From NCBI GenBank assembly GCA_026391945.1, contig JAPLDA010000085.1, positions 8,320 to 72,319 of the forward strand: a stretch of 64,000 bases of DNA, written 5' to 3'. The notes under the pieces are model-generated. The model did not search any database and was not told the origin of the DNA. It was given only the letters and a program-made list of their open reading frames with translations. This DNA is from Bacteroidota bacterium. GTDB lineage: Bacteria > Bacteroidota > Bacteroidia > AKYH767-A > 2013-40CM-41-45. The position numbers and the translations under genes are program-made. Below, in pieces: positions 30,006-39,636 of this stretch. The first letter of the stretch is position 1, and every line of letters begins with the position of its first letter.

Positions 30006-33000
30006 ATGCCGATGCACAAAATTTACTCCTCGTTACGAAAATGGGTTTTGATATCCGGAATAATCATTCAGTCGTTTTATTCCTTTTGCCAGACAGCGCC
30101 TGCAACACAATTGTTGCCGTACTCCCAGAATTTTTCAACGCTGGCTGCAACTTCCGCCGTTTATCCGGTAGGATGGCAAGGCTGGACGTTATCATCTTCC
30201 GGTCCGCCTGCATCTTTCGGAGCTTTTCGTACCACAGCAGCAGTTACACCAAACCAAAACCTGACAGCAAATGGTACTGCTGCAAGCACCATCGGAGTCG
30301 TATTTAATTACAATGGAAAAATCGGGATGCTTCCATCAGTTACGAGCGATCCAAGTATATGTCTTGGATTGAACACAACAGGCAACAGCAACATCCAGGT
30401 GAACTTTGATGTGATGACAATCCGTAATCCGTATGACGGAACGACCAATACCGTGATCAGCGGCATAGATTTGCAATACCAGGTTGGTTCAACAACCGGA
30501 GCGTGGACTTCTGTGTCCGGTTTAGCGAATGGTATTTACCAGAACAATACAACCAACCAAACAACTGCTATAACCACTCCGCAGAATTCACAAAGCAAAA
30601 GTTTTACTCTTCCTTCTTCCTGTAACAATCAACCATCGGTTTATCTTCGATGGGTGGAACGTGATATTTCAGGTACCGGAAGCCGTGCCAGTTTAGCTTT
30701 TGACAACATTGTTATTTGTCCAATCGTAACACCTGCGATTTCAATTTCCGGCCCAACTGCTTTTTGTTCCGGCGGAACTTCCACCTATACATCTTCCATT
30801 ACAAATGGCGGAGCAGCACCTTCCTACCAATGGAAAAAAAACGGAACCAACGTTGGTACGAACAGCCCCGTACTTACCATCGGCGGACTTGCAATTTCAG
30901 ACCAGGTTTCATGTGTGATGACTTCCAATTTTGGTTGTGTAACCTCAGCTACAGCAAATTCCAATACGATTACTGTTGCTTCTATCAATTCATCACCGGT
31001 CATCACGAATGCAATCATTACAAATGTATCCTGTCCCGGTGCAAGAAACGGCGCGATCAATATTACAGTAGCCGGCGGAACAGCACCTTATGCCATTTGT
31101 TGGGATACCATCAACAGATCTACGGGAACCATGTTTGGTGTAACAGTCGGGGCAAAAACTTCCGGAGATCCTTATTTCGGAAGAGGCAATCTCAATACCT
31201 ATTTTGTGAATGGTACTGAAGCCAAAGAACTTTTTTTAACAAGAGGAATTTCCTACACGTTCAATGTACTTACTCCCGCGCATCCGTTTCATATTTCTAC
31301 TGATTCGATTGGCGGTAATGCAAACTTTATTGTGAACAACGGCCAATCAGGTGCGCCTACTCAAAATGGTACCGTTTCATTTACGCCAAACAACACGCAT
31401 CCCTCTTTACTTTTTTACGATTGTCAGTTTCATCAATACATGGGTTACCGTGCCAACGTGGTGAATGGCTATTGTGTTGAAGACCCGGTAAATTTACCAG
31501 CAGGAATATATTCGGTTGTTGTAACTGATGCCAATGGATGCACCACTACCGCACAGTACACCATCAGTGAATTACCCTCATCGTTATCCCTGTCAGCAAA
31601 TGTTACAGGCGTGAGTTGTTCAGGTGTGCGGAATGGTTCCATCAACCTGACTGTTACAGGCGGACAATCACCTTATTCCATTTGCTGGGATACACTCAAT
31701 ACTGCGAACGGAGCGACATTCGGTGTAACCGTCGGCACCAAGACCGGAGCGAATCCAACCTATCCATTGGGAAACGGATTAGCCTATTACATCGATGGTG
31801 CAGAAGCCAAAGATTTATTTCTTGCCAGGGGAATTACCTATTCGTTTAATATTCTGAGCATCGGGCACCCATGGCATGTTTCCACGGATCCTGTTGGAGG
31901 AACCACGACGGGCCTTGTCACGAACGGACAAGGCGGCGCACCGAATGACAACGGAACGGTCACCTTTACGCCAAACAATTCTCATCCCTCACTTTTATAT
32001 TATGACTGCGCCTTCCATCAATACATGGGATCGAATGTGCATGTCGTGAACGGATATTTTATAGAAGACCCCTCCAATCTTGCAATCGGAACTTATACAG
32101 TAATGGTTACGGATGCATATGGTTGTACTGCAACTGCTCAATATACAGTAGGAGAGCTACCCACTTCCATTTCACTTTCTGCCAACGTCACGGGCGCCTC
32201 ATGTCCGGGAATTCATAATGGCTTAATTGATTTAACTGTTTCGGGTGGTACAGGTCCTTATACAACTTGCTGGGATACTGTGAATATTATGAACGGACCG
32301 AATTTTGGAATTACCGTAGGTGCCAAAACGCCGAACAATCCTACCTATCCGCTTGGGAATGGTCTTGCATTTTACACGGATGGAGTAGAAGCGAAGGAAC
32401 TCTTTTTGACGAAAGGAATTTCATACAACTTCAATGTGTTCGCAACAGGCCATCCATGGCATATAACATCCGATCCGGTTGGGGGAAGTTCTTCGGGTCT
32501 TGTTTCCAATGGACAAAGTGGCGCCCCGAATGATAACGGTACGGTCTCTTTTACTCCGGATAACTCTGATCCAACCCTGCTTTATTATGAATGTGCCGCT
32601 CACCAATATATGGGATATAATATAAATATAGCAGATGGTTATTGCATTGAAGATCCTGCAAATCTTTCCGAAGGAACCTATGCAGTTACGGTTACCGATG
32701 CAAACGGATGCAAAGCCATTTCACAATTTACAGTGGGGGAATTGCCGTCTCCCCTGAACCTTACTGCGAACATCACGGATGTGTCGTGCATCGGGAATTA
32801 CGATGGTGCCATCGATCTCAATATTTCCGGAGGCACAGGTCCCTATACGGTTTGCTGGGATACATTGAATCCTCTCAACGGACCGGTGTTTGGTGTGATG
32901 GTAGATGTGGAAACACCGGCTCACGCTTATTATGGATTAGGCCGCGGTGTTGATTTTTATATTGATGGCGTGGAAGCAAAGGAATTAAACCTGTCGAGGG

Positions 33001-34007
33001 GATTCACGTATACGTTTAATGTTTTCAACCCGGGACATACATGGCATATCTCAACTGATTTTATCGGAGGAGATGCACTCAACATTGTTTCCATTGGACA
33101 AAGCGGCGCTCCGAACGATAACGGAACAGTCACATTCACTCCCGACAATTCTCATCCTGCGTTGCTCTATTATGTTTGTGCGAACCATGCTTACATGGGT
33201 TCCAATATTAATATTTCGGATGCCTATTGCATAGAAGATCCTGTGAATTTATCTCCGGGAATTTATTCTGTTCACGTTGGAGATGTAAATGGTTGTTCAC
33301 AGGTGCAGACATTTACAGTAGGATTGCAGCCACTTCTTACCTGGTATGCCGATCTTGACGGAGACGGGTTTGGTGATCCGCTTAATTCAATTCAAAGCTG
33401 TACTATGCCGGATCATGGTTATGTGGCTAATAATTTGGATTGTAATGATAATGATGCTTCCATCAATGGACCTGTTCAGTATTACCTGGATGCTGATGGT
33501 GATGGTTATGGTGATCCGAATATTTCGATATCGGGTTGTTTACAGGTTGCAGGGTATGTGACCGATGGAACTGATTGCGCTGACAATAATCCGGCAGTGA
33601 ATCCAGGTATGACGGAAATATGCGGGAACGGAATTGATGATAATTGTAATGGGCAAATTGATGAGGGTTGCGCCGTTACGTTGAATCTGAAAATCTTTAT
33701 AGAAGGATTTTATATTACCGGTGGCCAGATGCAGCCGGTTCTGTATAACAACGGGATGAATCCGGACCCGACAGCCTGCGACACCATCGAAGTAGACCTT
33801 CGTGATTCAATCCTTCCGGATAATATCGTTGTTTCGGTTAAGGCATTGCTGCATGCCGATGGAAACACATCCTTGCTTTTGCCTTTCTCTGTGTTGAATC
33901 ATTCGTATTACCTGGCCGTGCGCCAGAGAAATTCCATTGAGACATGGAGCAAGAATCCTGTATTGTTTGATTCTTCATTGGTTAATTTTGATTTCACAAG
34001 TCCTTGA
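30006..34007 (+). CDS. secreted multi-domain protein: N-terminal Ig-like/SprB-type region, four SprB-repeat modules each with an inserted plastocyanin-like cupredoxin domain, and C-terminal MopE-like metal-binding motifs
   Basis: Signal peptide. Four ~196-aa repeats each contain C.G..NG.I.L.V.GG..PY..CWD, then ...GHPWH...(43-44 aa)...YYDCAFHQYMG..V.VV, then G.Y.V.VTDANGC. Confidence 0.85.
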   Translation: MPMHKIYSSLRKWVLISGIIIQSFYSFCQTAPATQLLPYSQNFSTLAATSAVYPVGWQGWTLSSSGPPASFGAFRTTAAVTPNQNLTANGTAASTIGVVFNYNGKIGMLPSVTSDPSICLGLNTTGNSNIQVNFDVMTIRNPYDGTTNTVISGIDLQYQVGSTTGAWTSVSGLANGIYQNNTTNQTTAITTPQNSQSKSFTLPSSCNNQPSVYLRWVERDISGTGSRASLAFDNIVICPIVTPAISISGPTAFCSGGTSTYTSSITNGGAAPSYQWKKNGTNVGTNSPVLTIGGLAISDQVSCVMTSNFGCVTSATANSNTITVASINSSPVITNAIITNVSCPGARNGAINITVAGGTAPYAICWDTINRSTGTMFGVTVGAKTSGDPYFGRGNLNTYFVNGTEAKELFLTRGISYTFNVLTPAHPFHISTDSIGGNANFIVNNGQSGAPTQNGTVSFTPNNTHPSLLFYDCQFHQYMGYRANVVNGYCVEDPVNLPAGIYSVVVTDANGCTTTAQYTISELPSSLSLSANVTGVSCSGVRNGSINLTVTGGQSPYSICWDTLNTANGATFGVTVGTKTGANPTYPLGNGLAYYIDGAEAKDLFLARGITYSFNILSIGHPWHVSTDPVGGTTTGLVTNGQGGAPNDNGTVTFTPNNSHPSLLYYDCAFHQYMGSNVHVVNGYFIEDPSNLAIGTYTVMVTDAYGCTATAQYTVGELPTSISLSANVTGASCPGIHNGLIDLTVSGGTGPYTTCWDTVNIMNGPNFGITVGAKTPNNPTYPLGNGLAFYTDGVEAKELFLTKGISYNFNVFATGHPWHITSDPVGGSSSGLVSNGQSGAPNDNGTVSFTPDNSDPTLLYYECAAHQYMGYNINIADGYCIEDPANLSEGTYAVTVTDANGCKAISQFTVGELPSPLNLTANITDVSCIGNYDGAIDLNISGGTGPYTVCWDTLNPLNGPVFGVMVDVETPAHAYYGLGRGVDFYIDGVEAKELNLSRGFTYTFNVFNPGHTWHISTDFIGGDALNIVSIGQSGAPNDNGTVTFTPDNSHPALLYYVCANHAYMGSNINISDAYCIEDPVNLSPGIYSVHVGDVNGCSQVQTFTVGLQPLLTWYADLDGDGFGDPLNSIQSCTMPDHGYVANNLDCNDNDASINGPVQYYLDADGDGYGDPNISISGCLQVAGYVTDGTDCADNNPAVNPGMTEICGNGIDDNCNGQIDEGCAVTLNLKIFIEGFYITGGQMQPVLYNNGMNPDPTACDTIEVDLRDSILPDNIVVSVKALLHADGNTSLLLPFSVLNHSYYLAVRQRNSIETWSKNPVLFDSSLVNFDFTSP
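30999..31574 (+). repeat. SprB/cupredoxin module 1 (candidate Cu ligands AHPFH ... C-QF-H-QY-M)
   Basis: Protein-level tandem repeat, aa 332-523. Confidence 0.8.
31575..32162 (+). repeat. SprB/cupredoxin module 2 (GHPWH ... C-AF-H-QY-M)
   Basis: aa 524-719. Confidence 0.8.
32163..32750 (+). repeat. SprB/cupredoxin module 3 (GHPWH ... C-AA-H-QY-M)
   Basis: aa 720-915. Confidence 0.8.
32751..33323 (+). repeat. SprB/cupredoxin module 4 (GHTWH ... C-AN-H-AY-M)
   Basis: aa 916-1106. Confidence 0.8.
33348..33671 (+). other. two MopE-like 'putative metal-binding motifs' (DxDGDGxGD...C...DCxDxD...NP...E.CGNGIDDNCNGQIDEGC)
   Basis: DLDGDGFGDP...DCNDNDASINGP and DADGDGYGDP...DCADNNPAVNPGMTEICGNGIDDNCNGQIDEGC. 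Confidence 0.7.
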
Positions 34008-34472
34008 CCGGATAAAATAAAACTTAAGTTCCGTTTTCGGAACGACTTGAAAAATACGTGATGATCGAATATTAAAGCAATGTAAGAAACAGCTTTAAAA
34101 AAAATCATCAACGTATCGCTTACGGAATGTGACTGGCTGTCGATGTCAATAAATGAATAAGCCTTATAAATTACTGCAATCATCAAGATCAGTCAGCCCA
34201 TTCATGATGATGGTAAAAATAAAATTCCATTTCTGCTGAACCAGTTTGTTTTCATCATGCCGGATTTGGTTTCTAAGGGAATCCGCAGGGAGCCTGCATA
34301 TCGTTCTTGTCAATGATTGCAACGCAATTATTTCCTTTTTGTTTTTGAGTGATAGCTGGCGTACCTGTAGAAAGGATGAGCAGCATCCCCGTTGGATAAA
34401 TCCATTGACAAGTTCATGTCTCCTGTTCAGATGGTGTTTATTATTATTATACATTCGTAACTTCATTTTATT

Positions 34473-35258
34473 TTGCTACAGAGAAGTATGACAGAAAAAG
34501 GAATTGCTTTCGAAAAGCTGCTTGCCATCATGGATGAGTTAAGGGAAAAATGTCCCTGGGACAAAAAGCAAACAATGGAATCGCTCCGACATCTTACGAT
34601 TGAAGAGACTTACGAACTTGCTGATTCCATTCTCAATGAGAACAGGACTGAAATCAAGAAGGAACTTGGAGATCTTTTGCTTCACATCGTGTTTTATGCA
34701 AAGATTGCTGACGAGCAGAATTCTTTTGACATCAAAAATGTCATCGACAGTTTGTGTGAAAAACTGATTCATCGTCATCCCCATATTTACGGTGATGTAA
34801 AAGTGAATGACGAAGAAGACGTCAAGCGCAACTGGGAACAATTAAAATTGAAGGAAGGAAAAACATCTGTCCTCGAAGGAGTTCCTCTTGCATTGCCGGC
34901 CATGGTGAAAGCATCACGGATACAGGACAAAGCGAAGGGAGCCGGTTTCGACTGGGAGAAATCCGAACAGGTTTGGGAAAAGGTAGAAGAGGAGATTTCT
35001 GAATTCCGATCCGAAGTGGAATCAACTAACCCATCCAAAGAAAAAATAGAAAGTGAATTCGGCGATGTCCTTTTTTCACTGATCAATTATGCACGCTTCC
35101 TGGATATCAACCCGGAAGATGCTTTGGAAAAAACGAATAAGAAATTCATCCGCCGCTTTCAATACATCGAAGCAGAAGCCGCTAAAGCCGGGAAGAGCCT
35201 GCATGACATGACGCTGGCCGAAATGGATGTCTATTGGAACGAGGCGAAGAAACTTTAG
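34473..35258 (+). CDS. mazG: nucleoside triphosphate pyrophosphohydrolase MazG
   Basis: Two EExxE/D MazG motifs (TIEETYELADSI, ELGDLLLHIVFYA, and the second half EEISEF...EFGDVLFSLINYAR). Confidence 0.85.
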   Translation: MLQRSMTEKGIAFEKLLAIMDELREKCPWDKKQTMESLRHLTIEETYELADSILNENRTEIKKELGDLLLHIVFYAKIADEQNSFDIKNVIDSLCEKLIHRHPHIYGDVKVNDEEDVKRNWEQLKLKEGKTSVLEGVPLALPAMVKASRIQDKAKGAGFDWEKSEQVWEKVEEEISEFRSEVESTNPSKEKIESEFGDVLFSLINYARFLDINPEDALEKTNKKFIRRFQYIEAEAAKAGKSLHDMTLAEMDVYWNEAKKL

Positions 35259-36616
35259 TTCAGTAAGTCTTTGTTCAGGTTTTCGTTTTTGATCATGAGA
35301 TCAATTCGCATGAACACTCTCCAGTAATGTTCTTTATCCATGTTCGACCAGTGAATGAAATAATAGCGGTACTGGTAGGTCTGTACCTGGCAAAAACAAA
35401 CCAGTAAAATAACCAGGCTGACAAAGATGCTCTTCAAAAGTTTTTTCTGAATCATCTTCAAGGCATATAGGAGCAAGATGGCGAAGGCAAATGAATATTC
35501 CACATAAGGCCTTACACCGAAGCCTCCGCCATAATACCAGCACCACCAGGAAGAGAAAACATAGGTGATGATGGCGAGAAAGGCAAGCAGGCTGTAAAAC
35601 CGGAATTTCTCTTTTCGAAATAAATAAATGAATCCGGCGAGCGAAAGGAAGAGGAGCGGGGTGTAGACAAACAGACCTTTCTTATAACTAAAAAGTATGT
35701 TGAGTAATTGGGGGTTCATCCAATTAAATTTTTCTCCGGGATAGGAGTCGATGAAAAATTCTCCGACCTGAATTTTATAAATAATATTCTGGATGAAGAC
35801 AATCAGCAGTAAAATGCCAATGCTTGCAATCCACCACAAGGTTTTTCTAAATAAGAATTGAAATGTCTCAACCAGTTTTTCCTTGCTTCCGGTAATAAAT
35901 GGAATGGCTATAATAACCAGCAGATTAACCGGTCTTATCAATGCAATGATTCCTAAGCTTAAGGAAGCTAAAAGCAACCATCGAAATCTTTTTTCCTCAA
36001 TAAATAAAATTATGTTAAGCACGAAGACGTGGATGAAAAAGAAGGAATAGATGTGCGACATCGCCGGCTCACACACGGTATAATAAAAAAGGTTTGTTCC
36101 AAAAGTTACGGCAAGAAGAATGAAAGAAATCAACCGCTCATCATCGTGATATTTCATCAGAATCTTCCGCAAGAAAATCAGCCCTGCCAGCAGGTAAAAG
36201 ATGGCTGCTATATTCACAGAAACAGGATATAATTTTGAATACCCGTCAGCCGGCATTCCTGAGAGTAAAGAAGCCGCATGTGCGATGAGGAAAAATGGAA
36301 GCATGGCAACGGCTGATCCGCAGTAATATTTATCAGCAAACCGTTCCTTATGCTTAGTCCGGTAATCGTAAAAGGTGTTGACGTTGTAATATTCCTTTTC
36401 AACCTTTTCAAAAAATCCGAAGTTCAGATCATGGTAAATAAAGATGGCCGGAAGATAAGCGTAGTAACCCTTTCCGTCGGATTCAACAATGTCTTTCCAG
36501 TGATTTCCACCCCATTGAATGTTGGCTGAGGAAACAGTGACAATCGCAAGGATCAACCCCAGTACATACCGGTGTAAATTTTTTTTCAGCATGAGGGAAC
36601 AAAATAAAAAAAGCAT
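35255..36616 (-). CDS. polytopic membrane protein, possibly a GT-C-type glycosyltransferase (hypothetical)
   Basis: At least 10 TM helices and an N-terminal loop with ...DGKGYYAYLP.... No firm family assignment. Confidence 0.45.
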   Translation of the reverse strand: MLFLFCSLMLKKNLHRYVLGLILAIVTVSSANIQWGGNHWKDIVESDGKGYYAYLPAIFIYHDLNFGFFEKVEKEYYNVNTFYDYRTKHKERFADKYYCGSAVAMLPFFLIAHAASLLSGMPADGYSKLYPVSVNIAAIFYLLAGLIFLRKILMKYHDDERLISFILLAVTFGTNLFYYTVCEPAMSHIYSFFFIHVFVLNIILFIEEKRFRWLLLASLSLGIIALIRPVNLLVIIAIPFITGSKEKLVETFQFLFRKTLWWIASIGILLLIVFIQNIIYKIQVGEFFIDSYPGEKFNWMNPQLLNILFSYKKGLFVYTPLLFLSLAGFIYLFRKEKFRFYSLLAFLAIITYVFSSWWCWYYGGGFGVRPYVEYSFAFAILLLYALKMIQKKLLKSIFVSLVILLVCFCQVQTYQYRYYFIHWSNMDKEHYWRVFMRIDLMIKNENLNKDLLN

Positions 36617-36661
36617 CCCGGAATTTTCAGGATGCTTTTTGATGCTTTGAGATTGAACGAA

Positions 36662-37294
36662 TTAATGTTTAGCAAGATATTCAGCAACTCCCTGGTGAGT
36701 GGTTTTCAATCCTTCGCTGCCTTTGTTCCAGTCGGCCGGACAAGCTTCACCATTCTGCTCATTGAACTGCAACGCATCCACCATGCGAATGGCCTCCTCT
36801 ACATTTCTTCCGAGCGGATTGTCATTCACCACCTGGTGGCGGACAATTCCTTCTTTGTCGATTAGAAATAATCCACGGTATGCAGTCATAGCACCGCTTG
36901 CTGCCAGTTCATTATTCTCATTGATGGAATATTCACCTGCAAGCACACCGTAATTGAAGGCAATGGTTTTGGTGGTATCGGCAACAACAGGATACATGAT
37001 TCCTTTGATTCCGCCCTGGCTTTTCGCGACCTGGAGCCATCCCCAGTGCGATTGCTCCGTGTCGGTTGAACAGGCAACGACAACGGTATTTCTTTTTTCA
37101 AATTCAGAAAGCCTGCTTTGGAAGGCATGCAATTCTGTAGGACAAACGAATGTGAAATCTTTCGGGTAGAAGAAGAAAACTACGTGTTTCTTTCCGAGGT
37201 ATTGATCGAGTGAGAAATCATCAACGATCTGGTCGCCGTGCACAACGGCTTTCGCTTTAAATGAAGGCGCTTTTTTTCCAACTAATACTGACAT
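36662..37294 (-). CDS. 2-Cys peroxiredoxin (AhpC/Tsa family)
   Basis: FTFVCPTEL peroxidatic-Cys motif, and a resolving Cys near the C-terminus (EACPADW). Confidence 0.9.
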   Translation of the reverse strand: MSVLVGKKAPSFKAKAVVHGDQIVDDFSLDQYLGKKHVVFFFYPKDFTFVCPTELHAFQSRLSEFEKRNTVVVACSTDTEQSHWGWLQVAKSQGGIKGIMYPVVADTTKTIAFNYGVLAGEYSINENNELAASGAMTAYRGLFLIDKEGIVRHQVVNDNPLGRNVEEAIRMVDALQFNEQNGEACPADWNKGSEGLKTTHQGVAEYLAKH

Positions 37295-37362
37295 GTTATT
37301 TTTGTTTTTAGATTTTGAATGGTAAAATAATCGGCTGCAAATTTAAGTATTTTGATCGGATC

Positions 37363-37974
37363 TTATGTCAACAATTCAGACTCAGTGATGAATTTCAACC
37401 CGATCATAAACATTTCCTTGCTGCTGCTTTGAGTTCCTTTGGGACGGAGAATTTTTACTTCACCGAATAGCTGTTTCATCTCATCACGAAAAATCATGGC
37501 ATCGGAGCTTTCAAAAATTTTACAGACAAAATTGCCGTTTGGTTTCAGGAATTTTTTTGCTGTTTCAAGTGCCATCATACACAAATCGTATGAGCGGGAT
37601 TGATCAACGAGTTTGTTTCCTGTTGTATTGGGTGCCATGTCAGAAATCACCGCATCAAATTTTCCTTTGAAGTCGTACTTTGTCAGGAGATCTTCCAGGT
37701 TGAGATCGTTGATATCACATTGAATAAAAACGGCATTCGGCAAATGAACGGTCACCGCTTTGAGATCTACTCCAAGAATTTTTCCCTTCGGCCCGGCTTT
37801 CTTTGAAGCATACTGTGACCATGAACCCGGCGAAGCTCCTAAATCCAGCACCGAATCGCCACTTGCGAGAATCTTAAAACGCTGGTCGATCTCTTCAAGC
37901 TTGTAAATGCTTCGCGCAGCAAAATTTTCTTTCTGTGCCTTCTGAGCGTAATAATCATTCGGTTTATAAGACAT
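37363..37974 (-). CDS. rlmE: 23S rRNA (uridine-2'-O)-methyltransferase RlmE/FtsJ
   Basis: ARSIYKLEEI...VLDLGASPGSWSQYA SAM-binding motif. Confidence 0.85.
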   Translation of the reverse strand: MSYKPNDYYAQKAQKENFAARSIYKLEEIDQRFKILASGDSVLDLGASPGSWSQYASKKAGPKGKILGVDLKAVTVHLPNAVFIQCDINDLNLEDLLTKYDFKGKFDAVISDMAPNTTGNKLVDQSRSYDLCMMALETAKKFLKPNGNFVCKIFESSDAMIFRDEMKQLFGEVKILRPKGTQSSSKEMFMIGLKFITESELLT

Positions 37975-38042
37975 GAGTTCAGATAATTCAGGAGAATAAC
38001 ATTCTCCATCCAGGATGTAAAAGTACAAATTCCCGGAGAGTG

Positions 38043-38762
38043 CTAACTGGTAGCAAGCGCCAGCCCCGCGCCAAGGAGGATGATGAAAATTTTATAATAA
38101 TTAAACCGGTGTTCTTCCGAGGTTTCAAAAAGTATCGTGGTAGAGATGTGAAGAAAAATTCCGATAACAATCGCCATGATTTGATCGAAATAAGTTGACA
38201 TGTTGCTGATTGAATTTTCACTGATCATGTTGCTGATGACAGCGCCAAGAGGAGCCATGCAGGCAAACAGGATGAGATAGAAGAGAGCACTGTATTTTTT
38301 TATTCCTGAATCCAGCAGCATGCTCGTGAGTGCAATGGCGACAGGAATGTGATGAAGGATGATTCCTGCCAGCAGGGAATTTCTTGTTTTGTCATCATGG
38401 AAATTCTGCACCAGCGGCATTCCTTCCAGGAAACTGTGCACACACAAACCGATCATCAGTGCAAACGGAAAACCCTTGTGCTGATGTTTGTGAATGTGAA
38501 TATGACCGTGTTCGATTCCTTCGGAAAAAATTTCCAGCATGATTTGCAGGAAAAAACCAACCAGGATGTAAACCCCGATGTTGTTGGTGTGAGCAGAATA
38601 AACTTCCGGAATCAGGTGAAGCACACAGATGGCAAACAGGTAGGCTCCGCTGAATGCAAGCAACAGTTTAAGTGCCTGTTTCTTTATTCCGGAAAAAAAG
38701 AAAACAGAACCTCCGCTGACGACAACGGTGAACCATAAGAGGAAATAAGAAAAAACAGGCAT
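38043..38762 (-). CDS. ZIP family metal (zinc) transporter
   Basis: Eight TM helices; His-rich loop HGHIHIHKHQHKG; HSFLEGMPL metal-binding helix. Confidence 0.8.
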   Translation of the reverse strand: MPVFSYFLLWFTVVVSGGSVFFFSGIKKQALKLLLAFSGAYLFAICVLHLIPEVYSAHTNNIGVYILVGFFLQIMLEIFSEGIEHGHIHIHKHQHKGFPFALMIGLCVHSFLEGMPLVQNFHDDKTRNSLLAGIILHHIPVAIALTSMLLDSGIKKYSALFYLILFACMAPLGAVISNMISENSISNMSTYFDQIMAIVIGIFLHISTTILFETSEEHRFNYYKIFIILLGAGLALATS

Positions 38763-38773
38763 GGAGTGGAAGG

Positions 38774-39502
38774 TTAATTTTTTCTTGCAATGAGAATCAG
38801 CCGTTCGGAATGTTGTTCATCAAATGCATTCAGCATGTAATCACCGGCAACACGCACGATGGACAGGTTGTATTGGGAGAAATATTTTTCAAAATCTTCC
38901 CGGGTAAAGAGGCGAAGCCGCTCGCAGAATTCATACTCTTTTCCCCCGTCGGTGAAGCTGATTTTTTTGAGGATGCTTCCGTTTTCAATTTTTTTCTGAA
39001 TCCGGAACGATATGCCATCCATCGTTTTTGATTCTTCGGCCACCAGGCGTGATTTCACTTTTACGGAATTCATAAAATCGAGAACAAGAATTCCTCCCTC
39101 TTTCAGTGATTCAGCATTGGCGCGAATGGTAAGGGTATGATCTCGCTCTTTTTCGAAGTATCCAAAACTACTGAAGAGATTGAATACACAGTCAAAATAA
39201 TTGACCCGGAACACTTCCCTCATGTCGTGAATAAAAAACGAAAGTTTTTCATTCTCATATTGCTGATCGTATTCAATATTCTCCGGGGAAAGATCAAAAC
39301 CGGTAACATCAAATCCCTTTTCATTCAGGTATAAGGCATGACGGCCTTTTCCACAGGCCACATCCAGGATTCTTGCCCCGTTGGCAGGCTTGAGAAATTG
39401 AATCAGGTGATCGAGAAACAATTTCGCTTCCTGGTCATCACGTTCTTTGTAAAGAATGTGATAATACGGAGAGTCGAACCAGGATTCAAACCAATTTTTC
39501 AT
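38774..39502 (-). CDS. class I SAM-dependent methyltransferase
   Basis: ILDVACGKGRHALYL motif I. Confidence 0.8.
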   Translation of the reverse strand: MKNWFESWFDSPYYHILYKERDDQEAKLFLDHLIQFLKPANGARILDVACGKGRHALYLNEKGFDVTGFDLSPENIEYDQQYENEKLSFFIHDMREVFRVNYFDCVFNLFSSFGYFEKERDHTLTIRANAESLKEGGILVLDFMNSVKVKSRLVAEESKTMDGISFRIQKKIENGSILKKISFTDGGKEYEFCERLRLFTREDFEKYFSQYNLSIVRVAGDYMLNAFDEQHSERLILIARKN

Positions 39503-39636
39503 GCTGCTGTTTCAGGATGGTACGAATATACGAATCTTAAAAAAGCTACGTTCATAACATTTTCTTTTTCATCAGCGCATCCCTTCACGTGATAAAAGTT
39601 TTGTGATTACATTCGCTGAAATAAAACTCTGAAACG

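Noticed and set aside
30041-33561. Numerous 60-170-aa ORFs on other frames and the opposite strand inside the giant gene (e.g. 30716-31219 +, 32721-32924 -).
   Set aside because: They are shadows of a long, repeat-containing, Gly/Thr-rich coding sequence. Their products are low-complexity and they sit fully inside the 1333-aa ORF.
34164-34466. A 100-aa minus-strand ORF in the mazG upstream gap.
   Set aside because: No RBS or promoter context, and an odd composition (Asn, His and Arg rich). More likely non-coding.
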